The position numbers were made by a program, and so were the translations under genes. Shown piece after piece: positions 22,565 to 30,424 of a stretch of DNA of 32,000 nt (the first letter of the stretch is position 1; every line of letters starts with the position of its first letter). The notes under the pieces were generated by a model, which saw nothing but the letters and a program-made list of their open reading frames with translations, ran no database searches and was not told the DNA's origin. The DNA comes from Candidatus Nanohalobium constans (lineage in GTDB: Archaea; Nanohalarchaeota; Nanosalinia; Nanosalinales; Nanosalinaceae). The stretch is from the NCBI RefSeq assembly GCF_009617975.1, contig NZ_CP040089.1:420001-452000 (forward strand), read 5' to 3'.

Positions 22565-23710
22565 GTGAGGCAGCTACAGGTAACAGTTCCGAAAAAGTTT
22601 TCTGAAGAAGCAAAAGAGATACTTGAAGATTTCAGTACTGATATAAGCACCAAAGAAGCGGAAAAAGATGATTACAAAGCTGTTGAAGTAACTGCAACTG
22701 CTGAATCCGATGACATAGATGAGATAACTGCGAAATTGAAGGATATTGGTGATATTGAGTCGGGAAAGCTTTCTATCCGTGTCTTGGAGCAGGAGAGCCT
22801 GATTCAGAAAGGTCAGAAAACTAAAGGCTCTTTCTCAGCTCTATCACAGGAGGAAATATACAGCAAGGCACAGGAATCAGGCAGCTTCAACATCACTCAA
22901 TGGAGTCTGGTTGCTGCTTCTTCAGCTATCGCAGCACTGGGCATAGCTTCCAACAGTATTATAGCTGTTATCGGAGCTATGATGCTTGCACCGATGCTCT
23001 CACCGTTCATAGCGGGTTCGATTTCTCTTTCTGTCGGTGACAGGACATTGATGCAGGATTCGATGATTGCAGGTTTTGGGAGTATTCTCCTGGCATTCAT
23101 TACCGCTCTTTTGATTTCTCTACCTCTGGAGTTTACAGTTACCTCAGCTCTAAGTACTGTTCTTGCACCAGGCTTCCTGGCCGTTCCTCTATCTTTGATT
23201 GTTGGAGCTGCAGCAGCCCTCAGCTTTACAACCGGTTTCAGGGATCAGATTGCTGGTGTTGCAGTTGCTGTAGCACTGGTACCGCCTATCGCCGCTGCTG
23301 GACTGACTTTTGGTGCTGGAAGATATCTCCTCGGATTTAAGGCATTGAACCTGGCTATTATGAATGTTTTAGCGGTCCTGGTTTCAGGTTATGCTTGCCT
23401 GAAAGTGTTTGGTTTGGAGCCCACTACTTACTATAAGAAGAAGTCAGCTGAAACGATGAGAAAAGCTATTCCTATTGGTATAATCTTGATTATGCTTCTT
23501 GGTATTCCTCTCAGCTTCTCATTCTACGATACTGGGGGCGATATCGGTGTTCAGGACAGTGCTGAGGACTTCTTCGGTGATAACCTTGTTAAGGTTCAGA
23601 GAGGTAATGATGAAGTCACAGTGATGGCTTATGGGAACTTCAGTACATCCAGTTTTGAATCCCGGTTTGAGGATAGAAATGTGGATGTAGTGATACTGGA
23701 GAGAAAGTAA
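22565..23710 (+). CDS. DUF389 (TIGR00341-like) integral membrane protein
   Basis: With the start at GTG 22565, the N-terminus VRQLQVTVPKKFSEEAKEILEDF fits the soluble N-domain of DUF389. Then multiple TM helices (WSLVAASSAIAALGIASNSIIAVIGAMMLAPMLSPFIAGSISL...). The upstream 94 codons of the track ORF overlap the MNT gene antisense and are not acidic. Confidence 0.78.
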   Translation: MRQLQVTVPKKFSEEAKEILEDFSTDISTKEAEKDDYKAVEVTATAESDDIDEITAKLKDIGDIESGKLSIRVLEQESLIQKGQKTKGSFSALSQEEIYSKAQESGSFNITQWSLVAASSAIAALGIASNSIIAVIGAMMLAPMLSPFIAGSISLSVGDRTLMQDSMIAGFGSILLAFITALLISLPLEFTVTSALSTVLAPGFLAVPLSLIVGAAAALSFTTGFRDQIAGVAVAVALVPPIAAAGLTFGAGRYLLGFKALNLAIMNVLAVLVSGYACLKVFGLEPTTYYKKKSAETMRKAIPIGIILIMLLGIPLSFSFYDTGGDIGVQDSAEDFFGDNLVKVQRGNDEVTVMAYGNFSTSSFESRFEDRNVDVVILERK

Positions 23711-23726
23711 GAAGAGAGGAAAAAAT

Positions 23727-24899
23727 TTAGTGTTCTGTTCTCTGTTCTTTCTTGTCTCTGATTAATCGGTTCATCTCAGATAGGCAGTCATCTACTACTT
23801 CCAGTAGGTCCCAGGCTTCTGACTGAACGGTTGTCTGTCCGAACTCTGAGAAGAGCTTCATTGTGGCTTCGTAACGGTGTTTCTTCCCGTCTTTCTCTGC
23901 CTTTTTCATGACAAGGTTGAGTTCTTCCGGTCTCTTGAGTTTGCGTCCCAGGCTTCCTCTGAGCTGTGTTTCTATCTTGTTGTGGACAGCTGCTTTCTCC
24001 TCATCCACATCTAATCCTGTCAGGTTGACTAGTACTGCGTTTCTCTGCTGAAGGTTGGATACTTCCTCGATATAGTCTTTGACCGTGACGATGCTTTGAG
24101 GGTAACGGTCTTCGACAATGATGACTTCTTTTTCATCATTTTCCGACATTTTCTGGATTGCTTCGTCGGCATCCTGGTGTCCTTCGATCGTTAGAGGCGT
24201 TCTATCCATGATTTCGGATATTTCTATCTGTGCCATGGATTCTTTCTCTGATCCGCCTGAAATGTTCAGGTCTTGAAGGTTGTCGCGGGAAGTGCCACCA
24301 CTGCCCTGTCTCTCCCGTGAAATCATTACTTTCAAGAGGTCAGTGCTTGTTACTATTCCTGTGAGGTTACCTGAATTATCGAGAACCGGTAACCGTGAGA
24401 TATTGTTGTCAAGCATCTTGTGCCGTACTTCTTCGATTGAATCTTCCTCGAAAGCCTGTAGTACTTCATTGGCACCGAGGTCTAGCGTGGTTACCTGGGA
24501 GAATTCTTCTGCATTTACAAATGCTTCTCTGAATTCATCGTCGCCGACGATACCCTGAAGTTTTCCGTTTTTAGTCTTCACCAGCATTTTTCTCCCTGAT
24601 TCTATCCTCAATTCTGCTATATCTACCAATGAATCTGAATCCTCAAACTTTGGAGGATTGTGCATAACTTTTTCCAGGCTGGCATTGTCAGGGTTGAACT
24701 GTACATGCCTTATCAGGTCTCTGTAACCTATTGCGCCTTCGACCCGGTTCTTGGAATCTACTACTGTTAGGGCTCGTAGATCGTGTTCTTCCATTTTGTT
24801 CTTGGCTTTAGCCAGGTTTGCATCGTTTTGAACTGTTTCTGGGTTTTCATTCATGACCTCGGTCGCGGATCTATCTCTTAAGCTCATTTTTTGGAACAC
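23727..24899 (-). CDS. Four-CBS-domain protein with a C-terminal HPF/RaiA (ribosomal S30AE)-like domain
   Basis: Repeated CBS signatures (ATEVMNENPETV...LRALTVVD...GAIGYRDLI, ...KMLVKTKNGKLQGIVGDDEF, ...ISRLPVLDNSGNLTGIVTSTDLL, ...EIMDRTPLTI...VIIVED...IVTVKDYI). The C-terminal 100 aa are described under the HPF-like feature. The start may be the ATG at 24887 (MSLRDR). Confidence 0.85.
   Translation of the reverse strand: MFQKMSLRDRSATEVMNENPETVQNDANLAKAKNKMEEHDLRALTVVDSKNRVEGAIGYRDLIRHVQFNPDNASLEKVMHNPPKFEDSDSLVDIAELRIESGRKMLVKTKNGKLQGIVGDDEFREAFVNAEEFSQVTTLDLGANEVLQAFEEDSIEEVRHKMLDNNISRLPVLDNSGNLTGIVTSTDLLKVMISRERQGSGGTSRDNLQDLNISGGSEKESMAQIEISEIMDRTPLTIEGHQDADEAIQKMSENDEKEVIIVEDRYPQSIVTVKDYIEEVSNLQQRNAVLVNLTGLDVDEEKAAVHNKIETQLRGSLGRKLKRPEELNLVMKKAEKDGKKHRYEATMKLFSEFGQTTVQSEAWDLLEVVDDCLSEMNRLIRDKKEQRTEH
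23745..24038 (-). other. HPF/RaiA-like C-terminal domain (aa ~288-385 of the CBS protein)
   Basis: VLVNLTGLDVDEEKAAVHNKIETQLRGSLGRKLKRPEELNLVMKKAEKDGKKHRYEATMKLFSEFGQTTVQSEAWDLLEVVDDCLSEMNRLIRDKKE. By eye it follows the pattern of E. coli HPF/RaiA (hhNITG..hEhT..h...V..Kh.KL......h...hVhL...........A.h.h...G..h.A......hY.AID.hh.KL.RQL.K.K). Confidence 0.55.
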
Positions 24900-25400
24900 C
24901 TAGTCTACCAAGTATTTATCGGATTTATCATCCATGTCGATAAAGTTGTCGGCGGATTCCCTGATTTCTTTGGCACTACTTCTTCCGAAGCTCATGACTT
25001 CGACACGGCAACCCATCGACTTCAAATGGTCAACTAGTACTGCGAAGTCTCCGTCACCGGTTACCAGGACGACCGTGTCGAGTTTCTTGGCTTGTTGCAC
25101 CATGTCGACTGTCATTCCTAGGTCCCAGTCTCCTTTCTTTTCACCGCCGTAGAACTCCTTCAACTCCTTGATCTTGACCTCGTAGCCAATCTTCCTGAGA
25201 GCCTCGAAGAAGTTGTTTTCTCCAGGCGAGTCTCCTTTGATTACATAGGCTGATGCCCGGATCAAGTTACGGTTCATCACCGCTGCATCCAGGACATTCT
25301 TGAAGTCTACTTTAGTATCGTAAAGGTTTTTTGCACTGTAGTACATATTTTGAACATCGACGAAAACGCCGACGCGCTGATCATTGTGAATATTAGACAT
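24900..25400 (-). CDS. NYN/LabA-like (DUF88, PIN-like fold) domain protein
   Basis: RVGVFVDVQNMYYSA...ASAYV...VVLVTGDGDFAVLVDHLKSMGCRVEVMSF is the LabA/NYN signature. Its stop codon directly abuts the start of the CBS gene. Confidence 0.88.
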   Translation of the reverse strand: MSNIHNDQRVGVFVDVQNMYYSAKNLYDTKVDFKNVLDAAVMNRNLIRASAYVIKGDSPGENNFFEALRKIGYEVKIKELKEFYGGEKKGDWDLGMTVDMVQQAKKLDTVVLVTGDGDFAVLVDHLKSMGCRVEVMSFGRSSAKEIRESADNFIDMDDKSDKYLVD

Positions 25401-25507
25401 AATTTTTCTACCTTAAATTGTTCTCAATTTATTTGCTTGAAAACCCGGCCGCATCAAGAAAAACTTCTAGCAGCCCTGTCTTCAATAAATAAAAAGTAGA
25501 AGGAGTC

Positions 25508-25834
25508 TTATAAGAGGTTCGAAAAATCGTACTCGGAAAATTCATTTACCAGCTGACCTGTACCATACCTTCCAGCCCCATATCCTACAGCAAACTCGCC
25601 AGAATCTAACCAACTAATACCGTCTTCATGATCTAAAAGATGTTCTTGCCCTTCATCCGCTGCCTGCATTAGAATACCTAGAGTTGCTCCTCTTGCAAAA
25701 CTCCCAGTAGCTGAGGTTTCTAAATCATGTTTATATGTGCTGTAAATCTCCTCAGCTGATCCAGCAACAGCGCCTATACTCATAACGGCCAAATCCTCAA
25801 TATACTCTCCTTCTGTCAGCAAGTCATCAATCAT
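25508..25834 (-). CDS. Hypothetical small acidic protein
   Basis: 327-nt ORF starting 14 nt downstream of the nfo stop on the same strand. No recognisable motif. Confidence 0.55.
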   Translation of the reverse strand: MIDDLLTEGEYIEDLAVMSIGAVAGSAEEIYSTYKHDLETSATGSFARGATLGILMQAADEGQEHLLDHEDGISWLDSGEFAVGYGAGRYGTGQLVNEFSEYDFSNLL

Positions 25835-25848
25835 ATTGGTTTCACTCT

Positions 25849-26691
25849 TTATTCTCTCAACTCTCTAATCTTCTCGATATTCTCTTTGTAACTCGCTCGA
25901 TTGTCGCTAGGAGTCTCTAAAACCATAGGCAGGTCTTCAAACTCTTCTGCGTTCACGATATTTCTGAAGCCTTCTTCACCAATGTTCCCATATCCGATGT
26001 CTTCGTGATTATCTTTCTCACTGCCTTTTTCGTCTTTGGAGTCGTTTAAGTGAAGTACTTTGATCTTGTCCAGTCCTATATCCTCTTTGATTTCTTGTAT
26101 GAAGTCTTGGAAGCCTTCTTCACTGACTAGGTCGTATCCTGCGGCGTGTGCGTGGCATGTGTCGATGCAGACACCGATTTTTTCATCCGGTGTATCGGCT
26201 TGATCAATCATTTTCCTTAGTTCGCCCATAGATCTTCCGAGTGTTGTTCCTTTACCAGCAGTATTCTCCAATAAGAGAGTTACATTGTCTGGTATGTCTA
26301 GTTCGTCGATTCCTTCTGCGATTCTTTCTATTCCAGTTTCTCTTCCGCTGCCGGTGTGTGCTCCAGGATGGAATACTACATATTCTACGCCTAGAGTGCT
26401 GGCTGCGTCTAGTTCGCTTTGAAGGCAGTTCAGTGATTTCTCGAATAGGTCGTCTTTTGGAGTGGCTAGGTTGACGAGGTATGTTGAGTGGATGACATAT
26501 GGGTTCTGGTCTTCTTCGTCTCGAAGCTCCTGGAATTCTTCTCCTTCTTCGTCTTCGTATTCTGATACGCTCCAGGTACGAGGGCTTCCTGCGAAGATTT
26601 GTCCGCAGTTGCCGGTTTCTTCTTTCTGTCTTTCTATTGCTTTGTTTACGCCGCCTGAGATGCTTACATGGGCTCCTATTCTGAAGGTCAT
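25849..26691 (-). CDS. nfo: Endonuclease IV (AP endonuclease, TIM-barrel)
   Basis: MTFRIGAHVSISGG start, HSTYLVNLA, VVFHPGAHTG, LLENTAGKGT.LG, CIDTCHAHAAGYD, LHLNDSK...GS.KD.HE.IG.G.IG. I prefer the ATG at 26691 over the track GTG at 26730, by analogy with MKYIGAHVS-type N-termini. Confidence 0.92.
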   Translation of the reverse strand: MTFRIGAHVSISGGVNKAIERQKEETGNCGQIFAGSPRTWSVSEYEDEEGEEFQELRDEEDQNPYVIHSTYLVNLATPKDDLFEKSLNCLQSELDAASTLGVEYVVFHPGAHTGSGRETGIERIAEGIDELDIPDNVTLLLENTAGKGTTLGRSMGELRKMIDQADTPDEKIGVCIDTCHAHAAGYDLVSEEGFQDFIQEIKEDIGLDKIKVLHLNDSKDEKGSEKDNHEDIGYGNIGEEGFRNIVNAEEFEDLPMVLETPSDNRASYKENIEKIRELRE

Positions 26692-26733
26692 AAAGTGGAT
26701 TTTATGTGTGATCTTCAATAATGTTTTCACGGT

Positions 26734-26889
26734 TTATTCTTCCTGGATTTTTTGTTCTGCTTCCTCTCTATTTAGTTCTCTGTCGTGTTGTCGGTCGAAA
26801 TGTGCTTTGGCTCGGGCTACTGCTTCTCTCTTTTTCTCTGCCCTAAATTCTCTTCCACAGACGCTGCAGGTAAATCGGTAAGGCATCAT
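26734..26889 (-). CDS. Small C2H2-type zinc-finger protein
   Basis: MMPYRFTCSVCGREFRAEKKREAVARAKAHFDRQH gives C-x2-C...H-x5-H. Immediately upstream of nfo. The track ORF extends to a GTG at 26922. I prefer the tandem ATGs at 26889/26886, with a TATAAT-like element at about 26923-26928. Confidence 0.55.
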   Translation of the reverse strand: MMPYRFTCSVCGREFRAEKKREAVARAKAHFDRQHDRELNREEAEQKIQEE

Positions 26890-26973
26890 AGAGTTGGTTA
26901 AGAAAACTTTTGCCAACTCCACTATAATAGGATTCTTACGGTTAAACCCGTATCCCTGAACACAACTGAAAGT

Positions 26974-27201
26974 CTATAATTCGCCCTGTAAAACAGCAAA
27001 AACAAGTATCCCGAAAAACAACAGTTCGCCCAAAACAATCACAGAAACAAATACGCCGCCTCTCGACTGCAAGAAACCGATGTTGAAGAAATCTCCTAGA
27101 AAAACCAGGAAAACTATCAAAAGTACAGCGCCGACAGCACCGCCAATCCTTAAACCTAGATCCTTCAAAAACCCTTTCCACCCTGGAGATTCGTGGTTCA
27201 C
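26974..27201 (-). CDS. Small membrane protein (hypothetical, two TM)
   Basis: GGAVGAVLLIVFLVFLG and VFVSVIVLGELLFFGILVFAVL. It competes with an overlapping Cys/Arg-rich ORF (26942-27181) that looks non-coding. Confidence 0.45.
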   Translation of the reverse strand: MNHESPGWKGFLKDLGLRIGGAVGAVLLIVFLVFLGDFFNIGFLQSRGGVFVSVIVLGELLFFGILVFAVLQGEL

Positions 27202-27255
27202 ATCTTAATTGTTTGAACCGTTTGGTCTAAAAGATTCTTCCAGCAAGTTTTTGAT

Positions 27256-27984
27256 GTGAACATTGTTTCCCTAGCACCATCCAACACAGAAATACTGTAC
27301 GAAATCGGAGCAGGAGACCAAGTAGTTGCCACAACCTCGCTCTGCGACTACCCTGAGAAAGCCCGGGAAAAGCCGAGTATAGGAGGATGGACCAATCCGA
27401 AAATCTCTAGAATCCACGAATTCCAACCAGATTTAGTTATCGCTTCAGACGATCTCCAAGACGAAGCAGTGGAGAAAATCCAGTCAGAAGGCTACCCGGT
27501 TCTTCAGGTCAAGCCTCACAGCCTGGAAGAAGTCTATGAAAGCATAGAGGAAATTGGAGAAGCAGTAGATAGAGGAGAGGAAGCTGAGGAACTTATTCGT
27601 GAAATGAAGTCTGAATTGGATGGTATTTCTCTTGAAGGAAGTCCGAGGATTTACTGCGAGGAGTGGATGGATCCGCCGATGGCTTCAGGCAACTGGATAC
27701 CAGACTTAATCGAAAAAATAGGCGGCGAATACTTTATAGAGGAAGGAAGAAGTCAGAAATTCAACTTTGGGGAGTTGCAGGATTTTGATCCGGAGTACAT
27801 CTTCATGCACATCTGCGGTGCAGGAGAAAACCTCAACACAGCCCAGTTAACCGAACGAAAAGATTGGGAAGAAATCGAAGCCGTAGAAAAGAACCAAGTC
27901 TATATTATCGACGATAACCTGCTGAACCGACCAGGTCCAAGGCTTGTAGAAGGCGCCAAGAGAATTAAGGAGAAAGTTTCTTAG
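27256..27984 (+). CDS. BtuF/TroA-like periplasmic-binding-protein-fold protein (cobalamin/iron-chelate binding family) without a signal peptide
   Basis: GTG start. NIVSLAPSNTEILYEIGAGDQVVATTSLCDYP and PDLVIASDD are typical of class III PBPs (BtuF/helical-backbone receptors). C-terminal NRPGPRLVEGAKRI matches the family end. TATA-like TCTAAAAG at 27227-27234. Confidence 0.78.
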   Translation: MNIVSLAPSNTEILYEIGAGDQVVATTSLCDYPEKAREKPSIGGWTNPKISRIHEFQPDLVIASDDLQDEAVEKIQSEGYPVLQVKPHSLEEVYESIEEIGEAVDRGEEAEELIREMKSELDGISLEGSPRIYCEEWMDPPMASGNWIPDLIEKIGGEYFIEEGRSQKFNFGELQDFDPEYIFMHICGAGENLNTAQLTERKDWEEIEAVEKNQVYIIDDNLLNRPGPRLVEGAKRIKEKVS

Positions 27985-28135
27985 CTTTATCCAAAGATAA
28001 TTCCAGAAAAAACTCAGGCTCATTTGAAGAGAAATTGCCCTATCGTGCTCTCCAAATTCCTCCCTATTTTGAGCATAAAAAAGTATATTCTGCAGGAGAG
28101 TTCGTGGCTTCACCCGGTCCAGAGGAAAAGAAATC

Positions 28136-28699
28136 CTAGGTATCGTGATCTTCGAATGGTTCTCCACGCAGATCGGTTAAGAGATTGACTGCTGCCTGTG
28201 CTCCATCTCCGATAGCTACAGAGGTTTGGTACTCCCATGTGTTGGCTAGTCCTGCGGCGAAGATTTTCTCGTTCTCAGTTGATTGATTGTGTTGATCAGT
28301 CTTTACATGTCTATCCATCATGTAAGGTCCTTCAACGCCGTCCTCGAATTCTACTAGGTCTTCTAGGTAGGTTAGGTCGCCGGCGGAAGCTGCCACGATA
28401 TACTCGGCTTCATACTCATCGTCCTCAGTGATTACTTTGAATCCTCCATCTGTTTCTTCTAATTCTTCGACTTTTTCTTCTTTGATCTCTCCGCCGAAGT
28501 CGTCTAGTTTGTCTTTTCCTTTTTTGAGTAGTTCGCTGCCGGAGACTGAGTCATGTCCGATCAGATTCTGAATGTTTGATGTGTTCAGCACTAGGCTTTC
28601 TCCTGTGTCGAGTACAAGTGTTTCTTCTCCTGCTTTTGCGGTAAAGACTCCTGCTTGAAGTCCTGCTATTCCGCCTCCGATTACGATTACTGTCTTCAT
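28136..28699 (-). CDS. Short FAD-dependent oxidoreductase, thioredoxin-reductase-like but lacking the NADPH domain and a CxxC
   Basis: MKTVIVIGGGIAGLQAGVFTAKAGEETLVLD (GxGxxG Rossmann plus acidic end) and the C-terminal FAD motif IFAAGLANTWEYQTSVAIGDGAQAA. Only 187 aa. Confidence 0.78.
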   Translation of the reverse strand: MKTVIVIGGGIAGLQAGVFTAKAGEETLVLDTGESLVLNTSNIQNLIGHDSVSGSELLKKGKDKLDDFGGEIKEEKVEELEETDGGFKVITEDDEYEAEYIVAASAGDLTYLEDLVEFEDGVEGPYMMDRHVKTDQHNQSTENEKIFAAGLANTWEYQTSVAIGDGAQAAVNLLTDLRGEPFEDHDT

Positions 28700-28725
28700 A
28701 GAAAATTAATTTAGAGGTTAGAATT

Positions 28726-29103
28726 TTAGATGTTTGCCGCAATCAGGTAGATTATCAGGGTTAGTAGTCCTGCACCTATAATGGATTGAAGTATGATTAG
28801 AGCGGCTTTTCTTCGGTCTTTGGAAATACTCTCTGAGTTTTCTATCTCTTCTTCTGATTTATTGGTTTTGAATTTCTTCTTTAGTGCGTACCCGGTGCAA
28901 AAATGGTTTCTGTACTGTAGGTAGCCTACAAATCCTGTCAGATACAGTAAGAATATTGTGAAGTATAATGGCGTGAAACCCGGGTAGATTAGCATTGTTG
29001 CGGATAGAAGTGCTGCGTTGAAGAATCCTACGATACCTACAATCAGTCTCTTCTTTCTTTCTGTTTCATTGATGTTGCAGGTCCCAGGTTTGTAGTCTGT
29101 CAT
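28726..29103 (-). CDS. Membrane protein, tentatively DUF2892/YgaP-TM-like, with two conserved-looking Cys
   Basis: TCNINETERKKRLIVGIVGF...GFVGYLQYRNHFCTGYAL resembles the N.G..[DE]R..R...G ... C..Y pattern. An extra C-terminal TM follows. Lies 26 nt upstream of the flavoprotein gene on the same strand. Confidence 0.55.
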   Translation of the reverse strand: MTDYKPGTCNINETERKKRLIVGIVGFFNAALLSATMLIYPGFTPLYFTIFLLYLTGFVGYLQYRNHFCTGYALKKKFKTNKSEEEIENSESISKDRRKAALIILQSIIGAGLLTLIIYLIAANI

Positions 29104-29157
29104 ATTAACTTCTGTCTGAGCGAGATTTATGTACTTGGTGAGCTAAAGTTTCCAGTT

Positions 29158-29685
29158 ATGGAGATGCCAGAGTTTTCACCTGATTACTGTCCAGACTGCG
29201 GAAATAGATTGGATTCAAAGTTCATAGATGGTAGAGAAAGACTTTTCTGCGAAGAATGTGATGATGTTGTCTGGCTGAATCCTGATGTGGCGGCAGGGTT
29301 TATCGTCAGAAAAGAGGATAAGGTGTTACTTCAGAAGAGAAAGATTGAACCTCACAGCGGTAAATGGAGTATCCCGGCAGGTTACTTAGAGCTAGATGAA
29401 AAACCATTGGAAGGAGCTAAGAGAGAACTTAGAGAGGAGACAGGTCTCAAAGTTACCGGTAATACTCAATTTGTTGACCATGTTTCCCTGAAGCATCCTG
29501 ATGGTAGACGTGTTGTCGTGGCTGTATACTTAGTAGGTTTTGAGGGTGTTGAGGGAGAGCTTAACCGTGAGGAGGAAGAAGTTGAAAAACTTGAATTATG
29601 GAAATACGAAAAAATACAGGAAAACAAGGCAGATCTGGACTACGAAGTTTACCTAAATCTGATAGAAAAAATAAGAGAAGAATAA
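29158..29685 (+). CDS. Nudix hydrolase with an N-terminal zinc ribbon
   Basis: CPDCGNRL...FCEECDDVVW zinc ribbon. Nudix box GYLELDEKPLEGAKRELREETGL (G-x5-E-x7-R-E-U-x-E-E-x-G-U). Confidence 0.9.
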   Translation: MEMPEFSPDYCPDCGNRLDSKFIDGRERLFCEECDDVVWLNPDVAAGFIVRKEDKVLLQKRKIEPHSGKWSIPAGYLELDEKPLEGAKRELREETGLKVTGNTQFVDHVSLKHPDGRRVVVAVYLVGFEGVEGELNREEEEVEKLELWKYEKIQENKADLDYEVYLNLIEKIREE

Positions 29686-29700
29686 AGAGAGAGGTGTTTT

Positions 29701-30300
29701 TTATTCGAACTTCTGACTGATGTCTTCGTATCTCTCCTGTACATCGCTCCAGTCTACTACTTCGAAGAAGTTGTCGATGAATTCTCCACGGTCTGGTCCG
29801 TAGTCGTGGTAGTAGCTGTGTTCCCAGACATCAACTGCCAGGATTGGGTGTGCTCCCCATACTGCTCCGTCGTCGTGTTTGTCGACTGCTACATTGTGCA
29901 GAGAGTTGTTGTACGGGATGTAGACTAGTAGTGCCCATCCGGAGGCTGATTTGGCTGCTTGTTTGAACTCTTTCTTCCAGTTTTCGTAGCTGCCGAATTC
30001 TTCTTCAATTCTTTCCATGAGTTCATCTTCTGGTCTTCCTCCGCCGTTTGGAGACATGTTGTGCCAGAAGATTTCGTGCAGAATATTCCCACAGAAGTTG
30101 TGAGTGAAAGAGTTTAGAAGTGCTCCCGTTCCTGAGAAGTCGCCTTCTTCTCTCTGTTCCTGTAATCCTTCTTCTGCACTGTTCCAGCCGTCTACATAGC
30201 CTTGATGGTGGACATCGTGATGCCATTCCATCACTTGTTCGGAGATGTACGGGGTTAGGGCGTCGTAATCATACGGTAGTTTGACAAGTCCTTGATTCAT
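29701..30300 (-). CDS. sod: Fe/Mn superoxide dismutase
   Basis: LPYDYDALTPYISEQVMEWHHDVHHQGYV, ...FWHNM..., DVWEHSYYHDY give the metal ligands H, H, D, H in canonical context. I prefer the ATG at 30300 (MNQGLVKLPY); the track uses a GTG at 30315. Confidence 0.95.
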   Translation of the reverse strand: MNQGLVKLPYDYDALTPYISEQVMEWHHDVHHQGYVDGWNSAEEGLQEQREEGDFSGTGALLNSFTHNFCGNILHEIFWHNMSPNGGGRPEDELMERIEEEFGSYENWKKEFKQAAKSASGWALLVYIPYNNSLHNVAVDKHDDGAVWGAHPILAVDVWEHSYYHDYGPDRGEFIDNFFEVVDWSDVQERYEDISQKFE

Positions 30301-30424
30301 AGAGAATTGATTCACCTTACGATAAGTAATTGGGTTTCGAATGGTTAAAAGCTGAGGTTGCTTCTAGTTGGAGAAGTTGGTTTGATTAAGAAATAAGAAA
30401 AGTGAATAAGGGGTTCCCCAGGGT

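Noticed and set aside
27847-28167. 106-aa minus-strand ORF spanning the gap between the binding-protein and flavoprotein genes
   Set aside because: - It overlaps both well-supported neighbours.
- Its composition is basic and Phe/Leu-rich.
- It has no start signals.
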